Assembly: GCA_043228905.1 (NCBI GenBank) | Contig: JBHGNT010000002.1 | Location: forward strand, 23,498,001-23,562,000 | Source: Azolla caroliniana | Lineage: Eukaryota; Plantae; Polypodiophyta | Direction: 5' to 3' | Length of the DNA: 64,000 nucleotides | Shown: in pieces, positions 1 to 11,500 of the stretch | How the letters are laid out: the number at the start of each line of letters is the position of its first letter | How positions within the stretch are numbered: the stretch's first letter is position 1 | Notes under the pieces: model-generated | The model's input: only the letters and a program-made list of their open reading frames with translations | What the model was told of the DNA's origin: nothing | Databases searched by the model: none | Translations under genes and position numbers: made by a program

Positions 1-1369
1 TTTTATAATTGCTTAAAATGATCGTCCAACGACACTAATTACCAGAAGCACTCCAACATCTTTACGAATGTTGATTTTAGTATGACAACTTTAAGATTTA
101 CACAATGTTTCCCAATGCCGCTCAAATAATATAATTTTTGTGTTTCATAAAATAACTTCATTACAAGTTATCGTGTGACAAACGTGATAAATACGATAAA
201 TGATTGATGCTAAATATATATGAGCTTTGTATATGTATCTCCAATTATTTTTGGGGTTGTCTCAATGTCAATTCGTTGATGTTGAAGGCGTAATGGTATC
301 ATTTAAAAAAAGAAGATTGAATGATGAACATGGCAATACTCTTTTATCACTATCTTATTTATTCGCTACCCATGTTATGGACTTTTTTGGGATCTCAATT
401 AGTGAGTATGTGACAATAGGTGGCATAAAGTAACGTGGAAGTCGTTTCATTCTTCTACATATTGTTTATACCACCATGGTAACGTTTACCTCATTTGCTA
501 AACCACCTTTTATTATTCGTTGGAGATATGAAATGGAAAGCCACAACCATGGAGTGAACTCTCAACATTTAAGCATGGGCTCTTGAGTGTTATGGCCAGA
601 AAATTTCCAGATGCATGGATGACACATGAATGAATTTGAGCATATACAATAATTCTACACTATAAGAGGTGGTCGTAAGTACCTTTTCTCCCATCCAATA
701 AGATGCCTTTCTTACTTGGGTGGACTTTCGAAAGGAAAGCTCATATTTGTCGAATACTTAATATAAACACAATGTGGTGGTTTCATCGCATGTAATTAAT
801 TCCATGCTAACAACCAACCTACACTCGGAGATTATCAAACATGGGGTGCCGATTTTCACTAGAACGCTCAATATCTAGGCCGAAAAATGCCATGTCAAGC
901 CAGGTGGGACGAGCCTCAAAGCATGGTAGGTTGGACTCCCATTCTTAGCATCCAAAGCCTGAACAAACTCATTATTGCCCCCGTGATTCAGCATGCGAGA
1001 AAAGGAGATGTCAAGCCAGGTGGGACAAGGAGCTATTGGTCGACATCCAAAGCACGAGGGTTAGTTATATATCATTACTCGTGATCTAGTACCCTGATTT
1101 GGTATGTGAGCCATGTCTGAAACCTTCTCATGATCTCATCAAAGGCCAACCACAGAGGAGGAGGATAGAGCATCCATAGGAGCGTAATAGTACCATAGTA
1201 TGAACCATATGCATCATACGTGCATTCACATTCGTGAATGTTTCAATCACCCGAGTATGGTAAACACCCTCAAAGTATGGTAAATACCATAGATTGACCC
1301 ATGCGTGACATTCGTGGTATTCAACATCCGTAATATTCAAGAATACAAAATGACCCCAAGAATATTACA

Positions 1370-1828
1370 AAACCATTCGTTTATTTATTTATTATTTAAA
1401 AAACAAATATTTTTACATCTATTATATGAAAATATTATTAGTGTGAGGTCCCCTTATTAATGTCAAGAGAGTAAAAATGGGGAATTAATGAACCTTTTAT
1501 TTATTAAAAATAAAACAAATACTTTTAACTTTTTCATCTATTATAAAAATATATTAGTGTGAGGTCCACTTTTTTATGTGAGATAAAAATATGAAATTTT
1601 ATGGGATCCTTTTATTTATTTATTTATTTTTTGTTTTATTAAAAAATAAAACAAATACATTTAAGTTTTATCTCTATTATAAAAATATCATTAGTGTGAG
1701 GTCCCCTTTTAATGATAGATAAAAATATCAATTGTTTTAGGAGAGTAAAAAGTGGGGAATTAATGAACCTTTTATTTTTTATTTATTAAAAATAAAATAA
1801 TTACTTTTAAGTTTTCCATCTATTATAT
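1370..1828. repeat. Degenerate AT-rich tandem repeat (~120-150 bp units, ~4 copies), interrupted by an LTR element and resuming at 3288
   Basis: Recurring block ...aaaataaaacaaatac...catctattata..aaatat.attagtgtgaggtcc at ~1440, ~1555 and ~1693. The unit broken at 1828 continues after 3288 (aaaatattattttgtgtaagtctc). Confidence 0.7.
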
Positions 1829-3287
1829 TCTGGTGTGCACGTGCTCCTTTGTGCCACCCTTTTAGCACACCCTTTTTAGCATGCATGTACCTAAGCCAAC
1901 CCACCCTTTTAGCACACTCTTTTTAGCACACATGTAGCTAAGCCAACCTAAATTGGTACTTTTGTATCAACAATAAATTGAGTAAGAAGTAAGAGCTAAG
2001 TAGGCTAGTTTTGATCTCTTATGTGCATTTCACATATTGGTGGAGATGCGGGGTACTAGTCCCCCACGTTCAAGCATCCGCCTCTTCCGCTTTGTAAGTA
2101 TGCCATCATTCTCGCCACCATCAATCACTAGACCCACACTATATTGTTAGTCTCTAGTAGTAGTATCTCTTCCATTAGCACCGCCTTAGTTCACCAGTTA
2201 GGCCTCCCGACATCTACCGCTCCCTCTATCCAAATCCTTTTTGGTGATCACCAACATTTATACCACTCTCGCATGCAAGCCCGTCGCACCATCACCTTAG
2301 GCAATCTCACTTTCTCACGCCACTTTTATGTCTTGCCCCACCAACTCTTCCCCCTCACCTTAGGTTGTGATTGGTTCCTCAAACGTTGCGCTATAATTGA
2401 TTTCATTGCCCACTAACTTCTTGTCCCACGAGCTCCCCTAATCCCCCTCCTACACGATAGCCCCCCTGTCCCCACCTCAGCCAAGTCCAGGTGGCCCTCA
2501 CTCCACATGAGCGATTGATCTTTCCCCGATCCCCCTCCTACACGATAGTCCTCATGTCCCCCACCTTAGCCAAGTCCAGGTGACCCTCAATCCACAGGGA
2601 GCAATTGATCTTTCCCTGATCCCCCTCCTACACAATAGTCCTCGTGTCCCCCACATAAGCCAAGTCCAGGTGACCCTCAATCCACAGGAGCGATTGATCT
2701 TTCAAACAAATGGCCTCACCAAATGCCTCAACAAGACCCTCAAGCAAGAGATGGGCACATGAATCAACCCTTTTCAATCACTCTATGGGCGTGACCCTCG
2801 CTTCACAGTAGAATCAACCATTGACGTCCATTCCAACCCTACCAACATGGATAATTTCGCTTCTCCAACAGATGCTCCCCTCCTTCGACAAGCTAGCGCC
2901 AGAAACCTACAAATTGCACCACAACGTTAGAAGCACCAAGGGATTCGGTTCATTCACTGTAGTTCGTGCCATAAGATCCACCACGTACTTGCTCCGACGC
3001 AATTCCAACTGTCGATTCACCTCCTCTTATGTTGCCCACATCAAGCCCTATGCCACCCCAAGCCCAACTTCTGACCCCCGTTCCTTCCCCATGTCGTAAA
3101 CCTCCTTGTTTCTCTCAGGGGGGAAATGTGGTGTGCATGTGTTCCTTTGTGCCACCCTTTTAGCACACCCTTTTCAGCAGACATGTAGCTAAGCCAACCT
3201 AGAAGGGGTACCTTTGTATCAACTATAAATTGAGTAAGGAGTAAGGTGCTAACTAGGCTGGTTTTGATCTCTTATGTGCATTTCACA
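1829..3287 (+). mobile_element. Non-autonomous, internally deleted Ty3/gypsy LTR retrotransposon (1.46 kb)
   Basis: 5' LTR 1829-2034 (t[c]tggtgtgca...atgtgcatttcaca) and 3' LTR 3127-3287 (tgtggtgtgca...atgtgcatttcaca). 4-bp TSD ATAT. PBS tggtggagatgcggggta at 2038 is complementary to the tRNA-Ala 3' end. PPT agggggggaaa precedes 3127. Decayed aspartic protease at 2144-2416 (LLVSSSSISSIS ~ LLDSGSSIS; LTLGCDWF) and integrase scraps (QTNGLTKCLNKTLKQ; NPFQSLYGRDP). Confidence 0.9.
2436..2703 (+). repeat. Three ~79-90 bp tandem copies inside the LTR element
   Basis: atccccctcctacac[g/a]atag...agccaagtccaggtg[g/a]ccctca...gagc[g/a]attgatcttt repeated three times. Confidence 0.85.
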
Positions 3288-3510
3288 ATATAAAAATATT
3301 ATTTTGTGTAAGTCTCATTTTTAATGTGAAGTTTAATATCCCCTTTTTATTGTGAAAGTCTCTTTGTTATATTATATATCTAAGAAACTAGAAAGTATGA
3401 ACTTTTTTTTTTTTCTTATGAATATTTTTTCATGCATTCTTATGTGTATTTGTATGCATTCGTTTGGTAACCCTCACGAATGTGAATATGTCAATCTATG
3501 CCCCCCTCCA

Positions 3511-3940
3511 TAACAATCGGCAACAGTTCGAACCGGGAAACCGTGGTTTAACGGTTTAAATGGTTCGGTTTGAACAGTTAGAAACCATGGTTTAATGGTT
3601 TTTTATTTTTTAAATTAAAAAAAATTGCTTTTATACAATCTTTTCATTTTTAATCGAAATTCTCACATTTTAGGAACATCTTTAAAATTGTATAAGTTTA
3701 AAATAATGAAATATATAAATTTAAAAAAAAAAAAGAAAAAAAGAAAAAGAAAAAAAAGACCTAAGTTCAAAACCGAAACAGAACCACAAAACTACAGTTT
3801 TAGTGGTTTAATGGTTTGAAAAATGTTAACGGTTCGGTTTAAACGTTTCATGGCTCGGTTCAGTTCAGTTCAGGTTTCAAAATGTTTTAACGGTTCAGTC
3901 TTGACCCTCTCAAACCGAACCGAACCGCTGCCGATTGTTA
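3511..3940. mobile_element. hAT-type MITE (AAACCG/GGTTCG-rich subterminal repeats)
   Basis: TIR taacaatcggca / tgccgattgtta, with many aaaccg/cggttc motifs internally. Flanked by cccccctcca direct repeats with 4 nt of filler on the right. Confidence 0.75.
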
Positions 3941-4860
3941 TGGACCCCCCTCCATGTGCAGAACTATGAAAAGACATATGAAATTTATGTATATTATTGT
4001 CTCTTTTTGTTGTCTCCATCGAAGTAGCAGGGAAAAAAGTAATGGCTGCTTTTTGTTTTTTTACACGGAAATCGGGAAAGCCTGCAATTCAATTCAGTCT
4101 GTGGCTTCAGCCTCTCGAGCTGCTAACTCAAAAGCTATACATACATACATACATACATATGAGCTATGGGGATTCGATACCAATACTAAAAAAAAAATAC
4201 AAAAAAGCAGAAAAACTTGAGAGCTTTTTTGATTTTTTTTAAAAACAATTTTCTCCTGCTCTCTCAGTTCAATCTACTAAACAGCTAAGTTTATTCTATC
4301 CTCACGTTTTTCCTTTATTTATTTATTATTTATTTTTTTGCTGTATTTGGGTTCTCTCTGCTTCTCATTGTTCTTCGTTTTGGTATCTTGTCTGTCTCTC
4401 ACACTTTGTTTTCAGTTTTTTTTTTTTTTTCCCATTTTCTGTTTCCAGTTTCCTATTTGGTTCCCTTGATTTCTTCCATTTCTTCTTCTGTTTTTCCAAA
4501 TCGAGCTCTCTGTTTTCTTCCTTTTTTTGATGGTTTTGAGTCGCTCTTGATTCCTGAAACTGTGTGTGACCGTCTCAATATATTTTGTTTGTTTTGACAA
4601 TGCATTAAGTTGGGTTCCAATATATTCCAATCAAGGCCATGTGGATACGAAACGAACTATGAACTTTTTTTGTGAGTTGCAAAATATGACATTTCAATCA
4701 GAAAAGATATCCTTAACTTTCAATAAATTTGGCTTCCTTTTCATAACCAATTCGTCTTTGTAATGGAAACATACCCTTTTGCATAGAATTATTCTTTGAG
4801 GAACTATATTATTTGGAGCAGATATTCTCCGGATGTTTCTTTCATTAGAACATTGCCGGT

Positions 4861-7800
4861 ATGTACAATATGTCTTTACCCAGGATTTTCAGACTAGAGA
4901 GGAAAGTGCCATCATCTGTAATCATTTTGGGAACTATTCTGGTGGTGTGCTTCCTGATAAGTGTCTGGTTTCAAGGCCCTTCTTTGGATTACGTTTCAGA
5001 AGAATCTAGGGCTCCTTTGAATGAAGATGCTTCAATTAAAGGAAACGGAAGGTCTGAGAATGGATTTCATTCTTATGATTCAGTAGAAAAGAATTCAGAG
5101 ATCGATGACAAAATCCAATCTAAAGATGAATTCCAGAATGATGAAGAGGTCTCCACCCAATCTAGTACCAATGAATCCAGGGAGAGTAGTCAAAATAATG
5201 AAGTTTCCCGAGATACTAAGGATTTCCTTGAAGGTAAGGGAGATAAGGGTTCAGAGATTGAAAAACATGAAGAGTCCCACGATGATTTGCTAGAGCCAGC
5301 TGTTGCTGAATCGGAAATCACCATGGAAAGCAATGAAAAATCATTTAATTGGAGCACCCAAGTTATAGAGTCAAATGATGAGAAAAGAAAATCAAATTTA
5401 ACTCAAGAGGATAAAAAAACTTTGGTGGTTACTGATGAATTTGACAACACCACGGAGACACATATGGGTGCTGGAGAACATATTGGTATTTACAAGTGGG
5501 AACTATGTACATGGCAAGGTGCCATGGACTATATACCCTGTCTTGATAATAAACAAGCAATCAAGAGACTCCCTTCTATAAGACGTTTTCAACATCGAGA
5601 AAGGCACTGCCCTTCTGCTGACAAATATCCTATGTGCCTTGTTCCTATTCCAAAGGGCTACAAAGTGCCGATATCATGGCCACGAAGTAAGGATGAGGTG
5701 AGAACTATGACATTTCTCGTTCCTTGCATATTCTGTTGTAACATTTCTATGACCACATTCAAATCTTACAGATTTGGTTGGATAATGTACCACATACAAA
5801 ACTTGTTTCATATAAGAAGGATCAAAATTGGGTGAAGTTAGTTGGAGATAAGCTTGTTTTCCCAGGTGGTGGTACACAATTTAAACATGGAGCGTCGAAA
5901 TACATAGATAGCATGGAAGAGGTGAGCTTTTATTTGTTTTTGTAGTAATATGGTTTTCTTCATTGACACGTTTTCAGTAACATCATTACCAATTGAACTG
6001 AAATCATATACCAATATATCTTGTGTATTGAACCAGCATGTTGCCGATGTAGCATGGGGCAAACATACTCGAGTAGTTCTTGACATTGGGTGTGGTGTAG
6101 CAAGTTTTGGGGCTTCCTTATTTGATAGAGATGTAATCACTATGTCATTTGCACCTAAGGATGAGCATGAAGCGCAGGTTCAGCTTGCCCTTGAACGCGG
6201 TATTCCGGCCATATCAGCTGTTATGGGGACACAACGACTCCCATTTCCAAGCAATGCCTTTGATCTGGCACATTGTGCAAGGTGTAGGATCCATTGGCAT
6301 GGAGATGGTAAATATAAAATAAATCTAGGGCAGACCACACCAAAAACGTGCCTCCTAACTTGTTAGGCATTTACTAGAATACCCCCAAGTTTTCTAAATT
6401 CACTTGAATACCCTGTTATTGTAGTAGTCCTATGCTTTGTATGACCGCAGAGTATTTGGTACTCGCTCAAAATTTAGGGGTATTTTAGTGTTTTTTCCCT
6501 AGTAATCGATTTGAGGATTTCTATAAGAAGTACTAGTTTTTTTGAGGCTTTACTCTTTTTTGCAGGTGGTAAATGGCTTATTGAAGTAAACAGGGTTCTT
6601 CGGCCAGGAGGATACTTTGTATGGTCTGCTACTCCTGTTTATCAAAAGCATCCAGAAGATGTGGATTTTTGGAATGGTTCTACTTCTGTCCTCTTTGCAA
6701 GAGCATACATTGCTAGAAATTTATGGCCAATAGTAGATAGGGAATGATGCCAGATATAAGTTTTAATGCATCATTAAATATGAATTACATGCAGTGAGAA
6801 GGGAGCCAATAACTCAATAAATGTAAGAGCATTGAAACTAATCATTTAGTTGAATTTGAAGCACTATCAGCAACTCAATAGTTATGAGACTGATTGCATA
6901 ATTTAATATTTAGCTTTGTTGATTCAATAGGAATGCAAACATGATAATTTTTTATTGGGAAATGTCGGGAAGAAGTAATGGATTCTGTAGACAAGGGTGA
7001 ATACAAATTGATGTTTTTGTGTTGTGGATTCTTTTTATGACAGCAATGGTAGCGGTGACCAAGTCCATGTGTTGGAAGCTTATTGTGAAAGTGGTTGGGG
7101 TTTCATCTGGGGTTGGTTTTGCTGTATATCAAAAACCAACATCAAATTCATGCTATGAAACCCGATCTGTAAATGACACTCTTATATGCACTGATAACGA
7201 GAATTCAGATGCTGCATGGTATGCCGTTACATTTGATTGAAAACTATTAATTTATCTGTGATATATATTGCATGCATGGTATACCTTATATATGTGATTG
7301 AAATGGCATCTCATAGCAAGTTAGTGCATTCATTGATAATTTGAAACCAAGTGCGTGGGCTGGTAAAAACCTGTCTTAGCTCTTCTTTTTTGTAGGTATA
7401 CACCTATGGAGAATTGCATGCAAAAAGTTCCAACTGAAATCGATGCCCATGGCTCGAGTTGGCCTCCACTCTGGCCAGAGCGACTAGAGTCAACACCTAG
7501 ATGGCTTAAGACCTCGAAGAAAAGTCTGTTTGGAAAGCCAGCAGATGATGAAATGGTGATGGATACTGAACACTGGAGAAGAGTTGTTTCAAACTCCTAC
7601 CTCACAGGTCTTGGCATTGATTGGGGACGCATCCGAAATGTGATGGATATGAATGCAAGATTTGGCGGGTAAGATTACTTTCATTGTTATAATTTTATTG
7701 TTATCAATGTCCCTTGTAAACTTTGATGTCCAAAATGTTTTAAGAGAGTGTATCTGAGATATTAGTGAGTTTCCATCTATATATCCAGTGATTTGTGCTG

Positions 7801-8464
7801 CATTGGGACATTGAGTTATTCTTAGTGCAAAAACACCAAAATACCCTTAACTTTTTAGATATTTACCAGAATACCCCTATGTTTTTGAAGTTTTACTGAC
7901 AATCAACTTCTGCAGTAGAGTAAGTTTTGTGCTGCAGAGGGGTATTTTTGGTAATTTTGAAAACATAGGAGATTCTAGTAAATACTCAAGAGATTTATTA
8001 GTGTTTTTTTTTTGTGATAGTCACATCCAAATAATAGTGGAGAAATAGCTAAAGGAGTATACAATGTGCATATAGTTCGAATTAAATATTGCCTTGTTAA
8101 TTTACTATTTGAATATGTTTATTATTATTATAAATGATGGCTGTGGCTAAACATAACAACAGGTTTGCGGCATCGTTACTAAGGACTTCAGCGTGGGTAA
8201 TGAATGTTGTGCCAATTGATGAACCCGATACACTCCCTGTGATTTTTGATCGAGGATTGATTGGTATTTACCATGACTGGTGTGAATCTTTCAACACATA
8301 TCCAAGAACTTATGATCTGCTTCATGCTGATCATATCTTTATGAGTCTTATGTCCAGGTATGCGTAATGCACCTTCTGTGCTTATGAACGTTTTAAGGTT
8401 TAGAATCTATTACAAGCTTATGTTTTACATGTGAATACTTCTGGATCGTATTGTTCTCATGTCT

Positions 8465-8508
<44 letters not shown>

Positions 8509-11500
8509 TTAATCAACTTGGTTTGGAACATCTTGTCCAAATTGAGCTTCCTTGAATATAGGTTAGTTTGCGACAACATGTAGTATAGTTTTAGAACTAT
8601 ACTCTTAACAAGAGTCCAATAAATTCTCATTCAAGAAGTTTGTGGAATGGATGAATTAGAGAGACAAATTCAACTCTTGAAATATGCACAAGTCAGACTT
8701 TGAAGTTAAAAAGTGAGAGAAATGTTGAATCGAAAAAATTCTCCAAGTATAAATTCATTGATTTATATATAACCATGAAATTTGACTTTATCCTGAAACA
8801 AACATCCACTGTACAAAGGTCCAGTCACATGAATGTGTGAGATACAATGCAAAAGAATCCAAATATTTTTCATATGAAGGAACAAGTGCTTATTGGCAGT
8901 TGTGAGACTTTGCTTTATTCAATATTTCAATTGTCAAATATTCTGGCATGATGAGCAGAATAAGCATTGTGTTCAAGTATAATTTAGAAAAACATGTGTT
9001 CTATACACTTATCATCCCATGAGAGTTGTATTCAAGTATAATTTAGAAAACATGTGTGCTATAATTTATCCTCCCCTGACCCTGAGCTGGAATATGACTG
9101 ATTGGACGAAATTTATTATTATGATCTTTACGGAACATAGAGGTCCAACACAAGTGTAAATACTTGGGATGCTCCCTTCCACAATCATGGAAGGTTCTTC
9201 AAATGTTTTGTTGGGTAAGGATTCTGGTTCTGGTTCTTTACTTAACTTCTTCATCTGAAGAATAATGGGCCATGCCATTTTTCTTCAATGTTGGTATCCC
9301 TTGATGCATTTGAATGAGAGAGACATAGATTGATATCTTTTTAATGACCGAAGACTGATTGCAATCTAATGATGAGACAGAGATAAAGAGAGAGAAAGAG
9401 AGAAGGAAAGAAGAAAGAAAGACATGTTAGCATCTTTTAAGAGGTCAAAATGGCCAATAAGACCAAACATGAGATTACATGTTAAAATGCTGTGTCATCT
9501 TTGAGAACAACAAACCAAACTAAACTAAACTATTCCAAATATTCCATTACCTTGCATAGTGGGCACTGGGCCAAACCATTGCTTAAAGAGCCAATGGTAT
9601 TTCCCCCTTATTTCTTAAAAAACAGCACAATGACAAACATATTGTTGTTCAAATTCCATTCCTTGATGACGCAATTGGCAAAATTCTTTCTTCTAGAGGT
9701 ATTCTGCATATCTGCCTACCCTCAATCTCTTAACTGATGTGAAGAAGTTTGCAATTGCTCTATCTCACTGCGTAGGACCTGATGGTGAATCCATCCTCCG
9801 ATGTTTGTGAAAAGTGTCTTATGGTGGGCCATCTTCTTATCAAGAGATGTTATGAAGATGATTCATGCTATTTTGTTTTCCAACTTGATAATATCAGTTA
9901 GGATCAGTCTATTTGTTTCCACTTTTGTTCATGTTTAGGTGTAGACAATGCATGCTTTATTGGGGTGGGGGTAGTGCATTTATATTTATGCTATGTGACT
10001 CAAACCATTGTTGGGTGTCAGCGTACCAACAATGAATATCTCCATGTTCAACAAGTTGTTTTGATGACATTAGTGCTAACCTCGAAGTATCTTTGTTTAG
10101 GGAGCTCTCAAAGCCTTTGGATATTGGTCACTGGTTGGAATAATGCCTCAATAATTGATGGGGCAGCCCCCATCTCTGCTTGGATTATATCATGGGGCAC
10201 TATTGCTTTGCTCCTTATCATGTGGGCAATTGTTGAGACTAAAGGTCTCTCTAATCTTTCTAGTTAATTTGCGTTGTTGAGACTTGATCCCGAGGTTTCT
10301 ACTCATAGAGAAGAGTTGGTGTGACAAGTATATCGAATAGCCACAATTTAGTCTGTGGTCTTGGAACTGCAAATGTGTACATTGACTTTCAAGAGCACCA
10401 AGGGCAGCATATCCAAGAGAGAGTTGAGCACAAGCAGCCTCCTAAAGTGAGAACCAAGGCCCTTCGAATGGTACTCGTAGGTTTGTTTTGATCTTGTTAC
10501 CCATGCTTGTGTGGTATTAAACACCATCATTTTAGTTTTATCTATGTTTACTGACAATCCTTTGTCTGTACAAAATACTTTGAAGGTATTTAAATGTCTA
10601 TGTAGTCCTTTTGGAGTGTTGGAGATCATGGCAGTTATCATTAGCATATAGTAATGTTTGTAGCCTATACCTGCTAGGCACACTCCCCAAACACTAAATC
10701 TTTCTATGTAATGAGAGAGAGAGAAAGAAAGAAATCTTAATGTTTTTTAAGAGGCCAAAATGACCTATAAGACCAAACAATGTAAGCTTCTCAAGTAAGA
10801 TTTATTGTACTTTTTGTCTTCAAAAGGTTTCTATCATAGGTCGATCTAGAATGGAGAGGGAGGGGGGAGGGCATGTGTGTTTGAAAAAGTGTTAAGGACA
10901 TGATGCTAGCATGAGTGAGTTTGAGGAAGTGTCAAGGCCATGCTACCTCAAGGAGGGAGGGAGGGAGGGCATGTGTATTTGAAGAAGTGTTAAGGACATG
11001 ATGCTAGCATGAGAGTGTTTGAGGAAGTGTCAAGGCCATGCTACCTCAAGGAGGGAGGGAGGGCATGCGTGTTTGAAGAAGTGTTAAGGATATGATGCTA
11101 GCATGTGTGAGTTTGAGGAAGTGTCGAGACCATGATGTTCTCATGCTACATCAATACTTAACTTACGTGAGCGAGTATTCCCATCTCTTAAATGATTTCA
11201 TAATGTCAAGTATCAGCCAGATTAGAGGGTTTTGCTCTTATTAGTTTTTGTATCTTGCATCCTATGTTCCAACTTTGTTTTGGCAGTCTATAATCAGGCA
11301 TATTCTTGACTTTTGTGATATACTTGTATATTCTTTGCATGGCTAGTACCTCTATGGGCTGAGCACCTATTTCAAATAGCATGACGGGATGGATGTTGAG
11401 GATGGGAGGGAGGGAGAGCATGTGTGTTTGAAGAAGTGTTAAGGACATGATGCTAACATGAGTGAGTTTGAGGAAGTGTCAAGGCCATGTTGCTCTGACG

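Noticed and set aside
1-1340. Possible decayed Mutator-like transposase or short ORFs
   Set aside because: Only a vague resemblance; no motif I can identify with confidence, and the ORFs are short and unconserved-looking.
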